From Nitrospirales bacterium (GTDB lineage: Bacteria; Nitrospirota; Nitrospiria; Nitrospirales; UBA8639), in assembly GCA_963555755.3 (NCBI GenBank), contig OY820905.2, positions 960,001 through 1,024,000 on the forward strand: a stretch of DNA of 64,000 nucleotides, given 5' to 3'. How positions within the stretch are numbered: position 1 is the stretch's first letter; every line of letters starts with the position of its first letter. The notes beneath the pieces are model-generated. The model was given only the letters and a program-made list of their open reading frames with translations, was not told the DNA's origin and did not search any database. A program made the position numbers and the translations under genes. Below, piece after piece: positions 22,408 to 34,373 of the stretch.

Positions 22408-23097
22408 ATGATAAGGAACCACGATCTTTACCCAAGAAGAGGGCCGGCACCCACACAGCTTCCGGTTAAACTCACCACGCCATTAATAATTCTATGTCTC
22501 GCGATCATATTCCTCGTAGGGATCACGACCTGCACAGACATCAAACGATGGGCCTACGAAGGGTTTGACCGCGATGAATGGCAACACCCAGAGGAAGTCA
22601 TTAAGGCCCTGAAGATCCAGGCAGGAGACCAGGTCGCAGACCTCGGGGCGGGAAGTGGCTATTTTACGTTTCGATTGGCGGATGCTGTGGGACCCACCGG
22701 AAACGTATACGCCGTGGATATCGATGCGGAGATGAATGCCTACCTCGCCCAACGAGTACAGGACAAAGGATACCAGAACATTGAGGTCGTACTGGCGCGC
22801 CCGAACAACCCCGGCTTGCCGGACAACAGCATCGACCTCATTTTCTCAAGTAATACCTATCATCACCTCGAAGAAAGGGTAACGTACTTTGCCAACATCC
22901 GACAAGACCTTCAGCCCGATGGGAGCATTGCCATCATCGACTTCACTGGTGAGGGATGGTTCCAGCAACTTTTTGGCCACTACACCCCAAGCAAAATTAT
23001 CCAACGCGAATTACAAGAAGCGGGGTACACCCTCGAAGCAAAATTGGAATTTCTCCCAAAACAGGTGTTTCTTATTTTTATAAGAAATCGGCCGTAA
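22408..23097 (+). CDS. Class I SAM-dependent methyltransferase
   Basis: RDEWQ.P, VADLGAGSGYF and VYAVDI motifs. Confidence 0.9.
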   Translation: MIRNHDLYPRRGPAPTQLPVKLTTPLIILCLAIIFLVGITTCTDIKRWAYEGFDRDEWQHPEEVIKALKIQAGDQVADLGAGSGYFTFRLADAVGPTGNVYAVDIDAEMNAYLAQRVQDKGYQNIEVVLARPNNPGLPDNSIDLIFSSNTYHHLEERVTYFANIRQDLQPDGSIAIIDFTGEGWFQQLFGHYTPSKIIQRELQEAGYTLEAKLEFLPKQVFLIFIRNRP

Positions 23098-23350
23098 GAA
23101 CTCGACCCACGCGAACTTCACACTTACTTAATTTGTCATTCCCGACATTTTTAATCGGGAATCCATCTTTTCTTTAACCCCTTTCAATTCTCCCTATTTT
23201 TAAGTACATTCATATCCTAATGATAAATAAACCATAACAGCGGGCTCCCACCCATTTGAAGGCACGCCATGTTTTCAAACCCTCACCCCCGAAAATTCGA
23301 AACATGTTTCCCAAATTCAAAATTTAAATGTGGCATTGCAAGACCTGACC

Positions 23351-24819
23351 CAATACTGTTCACTTAGATATCTTCGGTGGTTTGATGGATGGTGTCCAGT
23401 CAATTTGCGCAACGGGCGGTCTCGGACGTTTGTACGGTGCGTATGGAGAGTTTCGGCGTTTCACCATCCTCGGCTTGATTTTTCCACGACTGGATTCACA
23501 CAACAGTTTCGCCGTCGCCTCAAACAGCAGCCGATACCATGTTTTTTGGCGCTCAGGGGGGAAGGGCCCCAGATTGGGGCAGGGTTCGACGCACTAACTG
23601 CACCGTGGCCGTAAAAGATACCGTGCGGTCAGGGATGTCTGCCTGGGTGGCCCCTTGATACATCAACCAGCGCACGGCGTAGTGGGCCATCACCCATCCG
23701 TAGAACTCTTGACGCACCAACTCTGGCGTTTTACTGCGCAGGACGCGACGACGTTGCCTCAGGTGCGTCTTCAGCTCATCAAACACCAATTCCACCTCCC
23801 AGCGCTCGTGATACAGTTGAGCCAGGTCCTGGGCGGGTGCGCCTTGGTCATCCAGCAGCGTGGTGACGAGACGGTACAGCGGTTCGCTATTGGGCCCCTG
23901 CGGTAAGACATACTCAATCACCCTGATGGCGATCCCATCAATTCGCTTTCTTCTGGCGCGTTCACTGGGATACAGATGGCTCAGGTACGAGCCATCGTCC
24001 AACAGCTTGTCAACTGGAAGGATCAAGCTCTTCGGCATGCGCCAGAGTAGTTGCGCTCCGGTCTGAAGGCCGGCCTGCCAATGGGCGTACCCGACAAAGC
24101 CGCGATCGGCCATGCAGAGCATGTCGGGCGTGAGGCGACGCACCAAGGGCGCGGCCACCTCCCATTCGGCCTGCTTATAGGCCCCTAGTTCGGCATCCAA
24201 AATGGCGTGACTGGCACATTCCGTCAAAATGGCGCACTGGGCTTGGGGGTAGCCGGCCTGCCCGGTTCGGCTCCCTGGGTACCCAAAGGCTTGCACATTG
24301 GCTTCCTCATCCGGGACCTCAAAGTTGGAGCCATCTATCGCGACGAGTCGGTAGCCTGCAAAAAAGGCGTGGGCATGCTCTGGACGAGCCAACGGGCGCA
24401 AGCAGCGCTGTCCAATGGCTTTCAGCGCCTTCCACGTCAGCCGTGAGCGGGCTTTGCTGATGGCTGATTTGACAACGGTCACGGGAGCAACGGGTTTGTG
24501 GTCTTTCCATGCCAGCCCTTGGGCCACAGCGGCAAACACCGCTTCGTACGCGGCCTCGCTGTATAAGCTCAACGCCATGGTGTAGTACACCACGGCAGAA
24601 GCGGGAAAGGTGCGGACACGTTCACTGTTACAATGATGTGCGTCAAGTTCTTCGTTGATGATGGCCACCGGAAAGGCACGAGCCAGTAATCCCGTGCTCA
24701 AATAATCCGCCAATCGAGCCCCCGCCCCCAAGCCGACTTTCTTTCTTGCCATGTTGCCTCCTCCCAGATTACGTGTGGAGGCGAAGTATAACAGATTTTC
24801 ATCTAAGTGAACAGTATTG
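23351..24819 (-). mobile_element. IS4-family element (1469 bp), transposase 24752->23553
   Basis: TIR CAATACTGTTCACTTAGAT; 10-bp TSD AGACCTGACC; IDGS, ADRGF and YHERWEVE motifs. Confidence 0.95.
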
Positions 24820-25077
24820 AGACCTGACCCCCAACCTGACCCCCAACCCCTCCCGGGATAGGAGTGAGGGGAGTATAGCCCAAATTGCACGTTCATGCGA
24901 CGCAATCAAGGTCACGCCATATCGGGCCTGTGAGGATTTTAGGAAACCCCGTGATTTCTACCTCACATCCGCAACACGCCTTCTTGCATAAGATGGGATA
25001 GCCAGCTAAAATCTAATTTTTTAGATGGCTATTTTAATAATTTTTTGCCATCTAATTTTCGATGATTTGGAGGCACA

Positions 25078-25272
25078 ATGAAAACGACACTTCACCTACC
25101 AGAACAGTTGCTTGAGGAAGCCATGCAGGTCACCAAGTGCTCGACCAAGAGTGAGACTGTACGGGTCGCGCTTGAAGAATTGATTCGGCACAAACGTCTC
25201 GAACAAGTGATCTCCTCGGCAGGCACCCTCTCGTTCTCTACTGATTGGGACAAAGCACGACATGCCCGATAA
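25078..25272 (+). CDS. vapB: VapB-family antitoxin
   Basis: MKTTL.LPE.LLEEA...TKSE.V..ALEELIR. Confidence 0.85.
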   Translation: MKTTLHLPEQLLEEAMQVTKCSTKSETVRVALEELIRHKRLEQVISSAGTLSFSTDWDKARHAR

Positions 25273-25681
25273 AGTTCTCATTGACACATCGATTTGGATT
25301 GAGTTTTTCAATGTAGCTCGTGGACACGTTTTCCAAGAAGTCACCCGGCTGTTACGAGAAGATCGCGCAGCATATTCAGGCATGGTGGCATTGGAGCTTA
25401 TTCGTGGAGCGAAGACCGCAAAAGAACTCAAGACGCTGGAACATTTGTTTCAGTCAATCACTCGATTTGATGAACACCCGACCTCCTATACCCAGGCGGG
25501 GCATCTTGGTTACAAACTTGCACGTAAGGGCATCACGATGGGAACAGTTGATTTGCTTATTGCCCAAATTGCCATTGACCATGCACTGGCCCTGTACACT
25601 CAGGATCATCACTTTCGCTCAATTGCGAAGCACTCGGCATTGACACTCCACCACTTCAAAGCCTCTGCATCGTCTTCCTAG
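25262..25681 (+). CDS. vapC: VapC PIN-domain toxin
   Basis: LIDTSIWIEF, ELIRG, DLLIA and T.D.HF motifs. Confidence 0.9.
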   Translation: MPDKVLIDTSIWIEFFNVARGHVFQEVTRLLREDRAAYSGMVALELIRGAKTAKELKTLEHLFQSITRFDEHPTSYTQAGHLGYKLARKGITMGTVDLLIAQIAIDHALALYTQDHHFRSIAKHSALTLHHFKASASSS

Positions 25682-27417
25682 AAACGCATGTATCAAAGGT
25701 GAATGTTGAAAAAAGCCGCCAGCGGCGTCCTTTGTAGACGTGAAGCGTGAACCGTGAGGCGTGAAGCGTATACTGGGAAAGGTGAAGAGTGACGGGTAAA
25801 AACATTTCTTTACTCTTTACTCTTTACTCAACACCCATTACGCTTCACCCATTACGAATTTGGCCTTGCTGGATAGACCCTTCGAAAGACTCAGGCAACT
25901 GTTTTTATGCTAATAGGGGCAAAACACATTAATGATGTACATACTATTTTTACTTGAAATTTAAACATGATAATGATATTTTACCCTAAAAAATACACAA
26001 AAAATGTATCTGCTATACTTATATTTAACCTTATCATATAACCCTCAGGGCCATTTCATTCTTTTTATAAGCAAGGGATTCCATGAGGTTTTTTGTGCGC
26101 TCTTTTTCAGGGCAGGGCCATGCGGATGAATAAATGGGGCTTGCCCCAGAGCAGTCTACACGCCTGCGCGATATTGGTGTAGCCTTTCAGGCGTAAGAGA
26201 CTGATGGCATAGCGTCTCAGACAGGTCATGACCATTGGGCCATTGAGACTTCGTATCTGACTCCTGTCTTCATCAAAGGTGACGTCCAACACATAGTGCT
26301 GCTTATTCTCCACACTCCCATGCTTTCGGTTTTGCGAGAGGATGGTCTTCGGCCCGTCTTGTCTTTGGACTGACTCGTGACACCGCAGACCGCTTCGACG
26401 GTCGTGAGGCCCTGCTTGAGATGCGTCACTTCCCTCTCAATGCAGAAGACTTGCTGGACATGAGGAAAGTTGCCATAGGCATTCAGGGAGTCATCGCACC
26501 AGATCCTGCGGGTCGTGATCTGCCCATGGCCTTTCTCGGTGGTGGCATAATCACACCGGCGTGCTCGCAACGCCAAGGCCTCAATGTCGTGCTTCAAGGT
26601 GGGCTGGTTTCCCTTGACGGTGAAGACGAAGTCGGCGCCGCGTTCGTGCACCAGGTACTCGGCAATCTCTTTCTGGGTGAGGAGCGCATCCGCCGTGATC
26701 ACCTTCCCTGCGATCTCGAGCGCATCTAACAGGGGCCGCACGCAGGGGATCTCATTGGTCTTGGAGTGAACTTTTTTTGGGTGAGGTGGCGCCCGGCTTG
26801 ATGGGTGACGGCGCTGAGGACATGGGGCTGTTCGCTTGGGACCTTCGACGTCCCCCGCATGGTCTTCCCATCAATGGCAATGCCCTGATCCTCCCCGCCG
26901 AAGGTGTCCAGCCACCGGCCGAGCAGGGTATCGACTTCACAGGGGTCGACGGCCGTGATAAAGCGGTAAAGAGTGCTGCGGCTCGGGACGAGGTAGCGCC
27001 CCCCTCGCTGAGTACCGCCTAGCCGCTTGCGCATCGGCTGCGATAACGGCTGGGCCCAGTCCGAGATCGCTTCCTAGCCGCGCGCGCCGCACAAGGTGGC
27101 ACAGCACATGATCGCCGTGAGGGCGCGTCGGGTGTGCCGTTGCCCTTGCAAATGGCGGGGATCGGTCAGCTGCACCACATACGTAAAGAGGGAGTCCGTC
27201 TGCTTGGCATTCAATCGCATCTGAGGTACCGCTCCTTTCTGATAGGTCGGATCAAGCATGGGGTGTGCCAGGATCGCTCGGGCTTGGGGATGGAGACTCC
27301 TGACCAGGATACGTTTTGGGCGGTCATGCGGCACATACCGTCTCTTGGCCTTGCGAAACCCTCGGGTCAGCCCGAGCTCGTGCCAGCCGGCGGCTCGCTA
27401 GCAGGTCCCGGTGAAGC

Positions 27418-29320
27418 CAGGGCTATTTCATATTAAAGTGTAACTTTATAGATAATAAGGAATAATCGATTTAGGCTGGCTTTTTCTTTTCGTTTACGGC
27501 ATACTCTTTTGCATGCCAGACGAATCGCCAAGCGGACAGCCGGACATTGATCTGAGGCAAGTCGTGGTTCGCCCAATTGTCCGAGACGAAAAGGACGCCT
27601 TCAAGACCCTTCTCGACAGACACCACTACCTCGGTCATGCCCCGCTGATTGGCCAATCGATACAATATCTCGCCTGTGTGCAGGATCGCTGGCTGGCCTT
27701 GCTGGTGTTTGCGGCGGCGGCCCTCAAATCGAGACCGCGAGACCACTGGATCGGCTGGCCCCCCTGTTTTCAATGGCAACGACTCCATTTACTGGCCAAC
27801 AACACCCGGTTTCTCATGCTGCCGGGCTGTTCGCAAAAGAACCTCGCCTCGAAAGTCCTGTCGCTCTGCGCGAAACGGATCTCGGCCGATTGGCAACTGT
27901 ACCACGGCTACCCCTTGCTCCTCTTAGAGACCTTCGTCGATCCTGCCCGCTTCACCGGGACCTGCTATCGGGCCGCCGGGTGGCACGAGCTCGGTCTGAC
28001 ACGAGGGTTTCGCAAGTCGAACACGTGTTATGTTCAGCATGAGAGACCGAAGCGCATCCTAGTCGTGCGGCTGCATCCCCAAGCCCGAGAGATCCTTGCA
28101 CGCCCGATGCTTGATCAGCCCTATCAGAAAGGAGAAGCGCCTCAGATGAGATTGAATACAAAACAGACGGACTCCCTCTTTACGTATGTGGTGCAGCTGA
28201 CCGATCCCCGCCATTTGCAAGGGCAACGGCACACCCGACGCGCCCTCACGGCGATCATGTTCTGTGCCACCTTGTGCGGCGCGCGCGGCTATGAAGCGAT
28301 CTCGGACTGGGCCCAGCAGTTATCGCAGCCGATGCGCAAGCGGCTAGGCTGTACTCAGCGAGGGGGGCGCTACCTCGTCCCGAGCCGCAGCACTCTTTAC
28401 CGCTTTATCACGGCCGTCGACCCCTGTGAAGTCGATACCCTGCTCGGCCGGTGGCTGGACACCTTCGGCGGGGAGGATCAGGGCATTGCCATTGATGGGA
28501 AGACCATGCGGGGGACGTCGAAGGTCCCAAGCGAACAGACCCACGTCCTCAGCGCCGTCACCCATCAAGCCGGGCGCCACCTCACCCAAAAAAAGTTCAC
28601 TCCAAGACCAATGAGATCCCCTGCGTGCGGCCCCTGTTAGATGCGCTCGAGATCGCAGGGAAGGTGATCACGGCGGATGCGCTCCTCACCCAGAAAGAGA
28701 TTGCCGAGTACCTGGTGCACGAACGCGGCGCCGACTTCGTCTTCACCGTCAAGGGAAACCAGCCCACCTTGAAGCACGACATTGAGGCCTTAGCGTTGCG
28801 AGCACGCCGGTGCGATTATGCCACCACCGAGAAAGGCCATGGGCAGATCACGACCCGCAGGATCTGGTGCGATGACTCCCTGAATGCCTATGTCAACTTT
28901 CCTCATGTCCAGCAAGTCTTCTGCATTGAGAGGGAAGTGACGCATCTCAAGCAGGGCCTCACGACCGTCGAAGCGGTCTGCGGTGTCACGAGTCAGTCCA
29001 AAGACAAGGCGGGGCCGAAGACCATCCTCTCGCAAAACCGAAAGCATTGGAGTGTGGAGAATAAGCAGCATTATGTGTTGGACGTCACCTTTGATGAAGA
29101 CAGGAGTCAGATACGAAGTCTCAATGGCCCAATGGTCATGACCTGTCTGAGACGCTATGCCATCAGTCTCTTACGCCTGAAAGGCTACACCAATATCGCG
29201 CAGGCGTGTAGACTGCTCTGGGGCAAGCCCCATTTAGCCATCCGCATGGCCCTGCCCTGAAAAAGAGGGCACAAAAAACCTCATGGAATCCCTTGCTTAT
29301 AAAAAGAATGAAATGGCCCG
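27418..29320 (+). mobile_element. ISAs1-family IS with N-terminal DUF4338 fusion (ORFs 27513-28640 and 28625-29260)
   Basis: CAGGG ends; 10-bp TSD CCGGTGAAGC; IDGKT.RG, KTNEIP, ADAL..Q, VKGNQ and HW.VEN..HYVLDV.F.ED motifs. Confidence 0.95.
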
Positions 29321-29330
29321 CCGGTGAAGC

Positions 29331-31234
29331 CAGGGCTATTTCATATTAAAGTGTAACTTTATAGATAATAAGGAATAATCGATTTAGGCTGGCTTTTTCT
29401 TTTCGTTTACGGCATACTCTTTTGCATGCCAGACGAATCGGCAAGCGGACAGCCGGACATTGATCTGAGGCAAGTCGTGGTTCGCCCAATTGTCCGAGAC
29501 GAAAAGGACGCCTTCAAGACCCTTCTCGACAGACACCACTACCTCGGTCATGCCCCGCTGATTGGCCAATCGATACAATATCTCGCCTGTGTGCAGGATC
29601 GCTGGCTGGCCTTGCTGGTGTTTGCGGCGGCGGCCCTCAAATCGAGACCGCGAGACCACTGGATCGGCTGGCCCCCCTGTTTTCAATGGCAACGACTCCA
29701 TTTACTGGCCAACAACACCCGGTTTCTCATGCTGCCGGGCTGTTCGCAAAAGAACCTCGCCTCGAAAGTCCTGTCGCTCTGCGCGAAACGGATCTCGGCC
29801 GATTGGCAACTGTACCACGGCTACCCCTTGCTCCTCTTAGAGACCTTCGTCGATCCTGCCCGCTTCACCGGGACCTGCTATCGGGCCGCCGGGTGGCACG
29901 AGCTCGGTCTGACACGAGGGTTTCGCAAGTCGAACACGTGTTATGTTCAGCATGAGAGACCGAAGCGCATCCTAGTCGTGCGGCTGCATCCCCAAGCCCG
30001 AGAGATCCTTGCACGCCCGATGCTTGATCAGCCCTATCAGAAAGGAGAAGCGCCTCAGATGAGATTGAATACAAAACAGACGGACTCCCTCTTTACGTAT
30101 GTGGTGCAGCTGACCGATCCCCGCCATTTGCAAGGGCAACGGCACACCCGACGCGCCCTCACGGCGATCATGTTCTGTGCCACCTTGTGCGGCGCGCGCG
30201 GCTATGAAGCGATCTCGGACTGGGCCCAGCAGTTATCGCAGCCGATGCGCAAGCGGCTAGGCTGTACTCAGCGAGGGGGGCGCTACCTCGTCCCGAGCCG
30301 CAGCACTCTTTACCGCTTTATCACGGCCGTCGACCCCTGTGAAGTCGATACCCTGCTCGGCCGGTGGCTGGACACCTTCGGCGGGGAGGATCAGGGCATT
30401 GCCATTGATGGGAAGACCATGCGGGGGACGTCGAAGGTCCCAAGCGAACAGACCCACGTCCTCAGCGCCGTCACCCATCAAGCCGGGCGCCACCTCACCC
30501 AAAAAAAGTTCACTCCAAGACCAATGAGATCCCCTGCGTGCGGCCCCTGTTAGATGCGCTCGAGATCGCAGGGAAGGTGATCACGGCGGATGCGCTCCTC
30601 ACCCAGAAAGAGATTGCCGAGTACCTGGTGCACGAACGCGGCGCCGACTTCGTCTTCACCGTCAAGGGAAACCAGCCCACCTTGAAGCACGACATTGAGG
30701 CCTTAGCGTTGCGAGCACGCCGGTGCGATTATGCCACCACCGAGAAAGGCCATGGGCAGATCACGACCCGCAGGATCTGGTGCGATGACTCCCTGAATGC
30801 CTATGTCAACTTTCCTCATGTCCAGCAAGTCTTCTGCATTGAGAGGGAAGTGACGCATCTCAAGCAGGGCCTCACGACCGTCGAAGCGGTCTGCGGTGTC
30901 ACGAGTCAGTCCAAAGACAAGGCGGGGCCGAAGACCATCCTCTCGCAAAACCGAAAGCATTGGAGTGTGGAGAATAAGCAGCATTATGTGTTGGACGTCA
31001 CCTTTGATGAAGACAGGAGTCAGATACGAAGTCTCAATGGCCCAATGGTCATGACCTGTCTGAGACGCTATGCCATCAGTCTCTTACGCCTGAAAGGCTA
31101 CACCAATATCGCGCAGGCGTGTAGACTGCTCTGGGGCAAGCCCCATTTAGCCATCCGCATGGCCCTGCCCTGAAAAAGAGGGCACAAAAAACCTCATGGA
31201 ATCCCTTGCTTATAAAAAGAATGAAATGGCCCTG
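29331..31234 (+). mobile_element. Second tandem ISAs1/DUF4338 copy (ORFs 29426-30553 and 30538-31173)
   Basis: Near-identical to 27418-29320; CCGGTGAAGC on both sides. Confidence 0.95.
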
Positions 31235-31827
31235 CCGGTGAAGCGGGCAGGGTCGACGAACGTCTCTAAAAGGAGTAAGGGGTAGCCATGACACTGTTGC
31301 CAATCGGCCGCGATCCGTTTCGCGCAGAGCGCCAGGACTTTCGAGGCGAGGTTCTTTTGCGAGCAGTCCGGCAGGATGAGAAACCGGGTGTTGTTGGCCA
31401 GTCAATGGAGGCGGTGCCAGTGAAAACAGGGAGCCCAGCCGATCCAGTGGTCGCGCGGTTTCGATTTGAGGGCCGCCGCCGCAAACACCAGCAAGGCCAG
31501 CCAGCGATCCTGCACACAGGCGAGATATTGGATCGAGGGGCCAATCAACGGGGCCGGGCCGAGGTAGTGATGTCGGGCGAGGAGGGACTTGAAGGCGTCC
31601 TGCTCGTCCCGGACAATTGGGCGAACCACGACTTGCCTCAGATCAATGACCGGCTGTCCGCTGGGCGATTCGTCTGGCATGCAAAAGAGTATGCCGTAAA
31701 CGAAAAGAAAAAGCCAGCCTAAATCGATTATTCCTTATTATCTATAAAGTTACACTCTAATATGAATTAGCCCTGTATAACCCTATTGTCTGGCATACGA
31801 AAACCTTCAAATGGAGCCTATACCCTC

Positions 31828-34368
31828 ATGCGCTTTCCCGCTTCGGCCCCTCAGCCGAGATTCGTACATCCCATGCTATTCAGATTTGCAAGGCCCGCCA
31901 CAGCAGCCCGTCATCGGCTTCGTCACCGAGCCACAATAGCGTTCAGCCTCTTACTATTGAGCTTGCTGCTGCCAGGGGGGCACGTGCTGGCTCGGGATCT
32001 GCCCTCCGTCCAGCTGATCGCCGCGTCGGCTGATTCTGCGGAGGCGCATGTAGATCTGTCCACGCCGATCGCTATTTCCTCTAGGCCCAAATGGACCGGC
32101 TATCTGGAATTCCTCGGCAAACCGGGCACGGCCCGCAGCATCGGGCAGCCCGACCTCTTTCTCCCCGTGCTCCAGGATGCCAACGACCTGACCTTCTTCA
32201 ACCTGCGTGGCCAATTGCAGTTTGATCATACCGACAACAGCGAGTACAACGTCGGTCTCGGCCATCGCCATATGTTTCAGGAGTGGATCTTCGGGGGCTA
32301 CGGCTACTTTGACCATCGTAACACCCAATACGGCAGTCAGTTTAATCAGTTCACCGGTGGGCTGGAAGCCTTAAGCGTCAACTGGGCCATGCGCGTCAAC
32401 GGCTATCTCCCCGAAAACAAGACCACCACCTTCACCGGCGATGCGAACATGAGCGTGATTACCCCCGGCGATCAGATCAAAATCCAGGTCAACGGACTCA
32501 TCCAGGAAAAAGCGTTGCCGGGGGTGGATGGGGAGGTGGGCTACATGCTCCCGCTGCCGTGGGCGACGGACGACCAACTGATTCACGAAACCTGGCTGTT
32601 TGTGGGGGGCTATCACTTTTTTGGGCAAGACCAGTTTGCGTCGATCTCGGGTCCGCGGGGGCGGCTGGAAATGCGGATCTATGATCTTCCCGTGCTGGGC
32701 CCGGGCTCGCGGTTTATGATGGGGGTGGAGGGGCAATACGACGAGCCGCGGGGCGGCCAGGCCTTCGGGCTGGTGTCGTTGCGGATCCCGTTCGACGTGT
32801 TTGCGGACACGAGCCGTCGGCGGGCGCTGACCGGGCTGGATCGCCGGATGGTGCAACCAATCATTCGGGACGTGGATGTGGTGGCCGGGGAGGTGGATAT
32901 GCCGATGGAAACGTTGCCGGCGCTGAATCAAGCAGGGGACGCGTATACGAAATACGTGGAGGTGGATGTCACGGATCAAGCGGAGGTGCAGGGGGCGCTG
33001 AATACTGCCAACGACCCGGCGGAGGTCACCCTGATTATCCCCAAAATGAATGGCGGGACGATCTCGCTCGACAGCCTCCTGACCCTGCACGAGGGCCAAA
33101 CGCTGGGGGGTGAGAATTTGACCGTGTCTTATAATAGTTCGACGCTGGGGTTCGGCAAGATCGGGTATAACCCGGGTGGGGCGATAGCCGGGTTAAAGGC
33201 AAGCGAAGTTTGGGTGGGGAATCGTCTGATTGACATGGCGCCTGACACTGAAATCAACGGGCTGACGCTGGATGCGACCGAGAAACCAGACTACGTCTTG
33301 CGGGTTAATATGACTGGCAACAAGGATGCCCCGGGGACCCGGTGGGTGGCCTATAGCCACCTCAAAGATTCCGTGGAGCAGGTCCTCTGGGCCCGAGGCC
33401 TTGGCGCCGACATCAGAATTGACTACAGTCGGATCTCTGGTGGTCTGAGAGGCGTTCAGCTCTGGGAGGCCACGGTTCACATCAGCAATAGTCGCATCTA
33501 TGACAATGATCAGCAGGGCCTAGTGGGCTACAAGGATAGTCAGCTAACAGTCTCTGACAGTCGCATCTATGACAACGGTACCGATGGAATAGAAGTCTAT
33601 AACGGTGCCACGGCCAACATTTTTAGAAGTTATATCTACGACAATGGTCACCGTGGCGTAGACAGCCACAGTGGCGGTACCACTATCAACATCTTTAATA
33701 GTTATATCTATGACAATAGTCACGAAGGCGTATTCGTCACCGCTGGCGCCATGGCGAATATCGAGGACACCATCATTACTCAGAATGGGTGGGACGGCGT
33801 GAGTACCTACATTGGTGCCAATTTCCTCGCGGGTAATATCAGCATCAAAAGGAGCGTCATCTCCAACAATGGCCGCTATGGCGTAGCCTCCCGATATGGG
33901 AGCACCGTGACTATCGAGGACAGTGTCGTGACCGGCAATGGATACTATGGTCTGCTCGCGGAGTCGTGGGCGGGCGACGTGTTGCCGGTTGACGGGTCGG
34001 GGGGCAACCCGCCTTTGGGCCCTGAAAGATTTCAGGATCTCCCCAGCAGCATCCTCAAGGCTACGAATGTGATCGTATCCGGGAATGGCAGGAAGAAGGC
34101 CGGCGGCGGGTATGGCGTGCTCAACCGAGGTGGGGAGATAACGCTCATCCAGAGCCGGGTCTTTGACAATGAGGGTGAAGATTATCGGAATGAGGCAGGT
34201 CTCCTTCGCCAGGACAGCCCGGAGTTTGTGGATTTCCTAGGCAAAAGAGGGGATGACAACGATGGCTGTCTCCGGCACGATGGCACAATAACGGTCGATG
34301 GGCACTTAATTGGTGCCCCGCTCATTGTGCTCCCTGATCCTGGTTGTACGGTGTGGCCCTCCCCCTAA
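31828..34368 (+). CDS. Inverse-autotransporter beta-domain protein with right-handed beta-helix passenger
   Basis: NVGLGHR...GGYGYFD...Q.T.GLEAL...NGYLP, G.DGE.G, GQYDEPRG and RMVQPIIRD motifs, then tandem IYDN..G repeats. Start codon uncertain. Confidence 0.8.
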   Translation: MRFPASAPQPRFVHPMLFRFARPATAARHRLRHRATIAFSLLLLSLLLPGGHVLARDLPSVQLIAASADSAEAHVDLSTPIAISSRPKWTGYLEFLGKPGTARSIGQPDLFLPVLQDANDLTFFNLRGQLQFDHTDNSEYNVGLGHRHMFQEWIFGGYGYFDHRNTQYGSQFNQFTGGLEALSVNWAMRVNGYLPENKTTTFTGDANMSVITPGDQIKIQVNGLIQEKALPGVDGEVGYMLPLPWATDDQLIHETWLFVGGYHFFGQDQFASISGPRGRLEMRIYDLPVLGPGSRFMMGVEGQYDEPRGGQAFGLVSLRIPFDVFADTSRRRALTGLDRRMVQPIIRDVDVVAGEVDMPMETLPALNQAGDAYTKYVEVDVTDQAEVQGALNTANDPAEVTLIIPKMNGGTISLDSLLTLHEGQTLGGENLTVSYNSSTLGFGKIGYNPGGAIAGLKASEVWVGNRLIDMAPDTEINGLTLDATEKPDYVLRVNMTGNKDAPGTRWVAYSHLKDSVEQVLWARGLGADIRIDYSRISGGLRGVQLWEATVHISNSRIYDNDQQGLVGYKDSQLTVSDSRIYDNGTDGIEVYNGATANIFRSYIYDNGHRGVDSHSGGTTINIFNSYIYDNSHEGVFVTAGAMANIEDTIITQNGWDGVSTYIGANFLAGNISIKRSVISNNGRYGVASRYGSTVTIEDSVVTGNGYYGLLAESWAGDVLPVDGSGGNPPLGPERFQDLPSSILKATNVIVSGNGRKKAGGGYGVLNRGGEITLIQSRVFDNEGEDYRNEAGLLRQDSPEFVDFLGKRGDDNDGCLRHDGTITVDGHLIGAPLIVLPDPGCTVWPSP

Positions 34369-34373
34369 CGGGC

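Larger units (their letters stand above)
26046..31775 (-). mobile_element. Decayed ISAs1-family/DUF4338 element interrupted by two intact copies of the same element
   Basis: Ends CAGGGC(C/T)A.TTCAT; 9-bp TSD TATAACCCT at 26037-26045 and 31776-31784; internal stops and a frameshift. Confidence 0.92.

Noticed and set aside
25738..25860. CRISPR array
   Set aside because: Only 7-bp-type short tandem motifs (CGTGAAG, TACTCTT) inside a MITE; no regular repeat-spacer units and no cas genes anywhere in the window.
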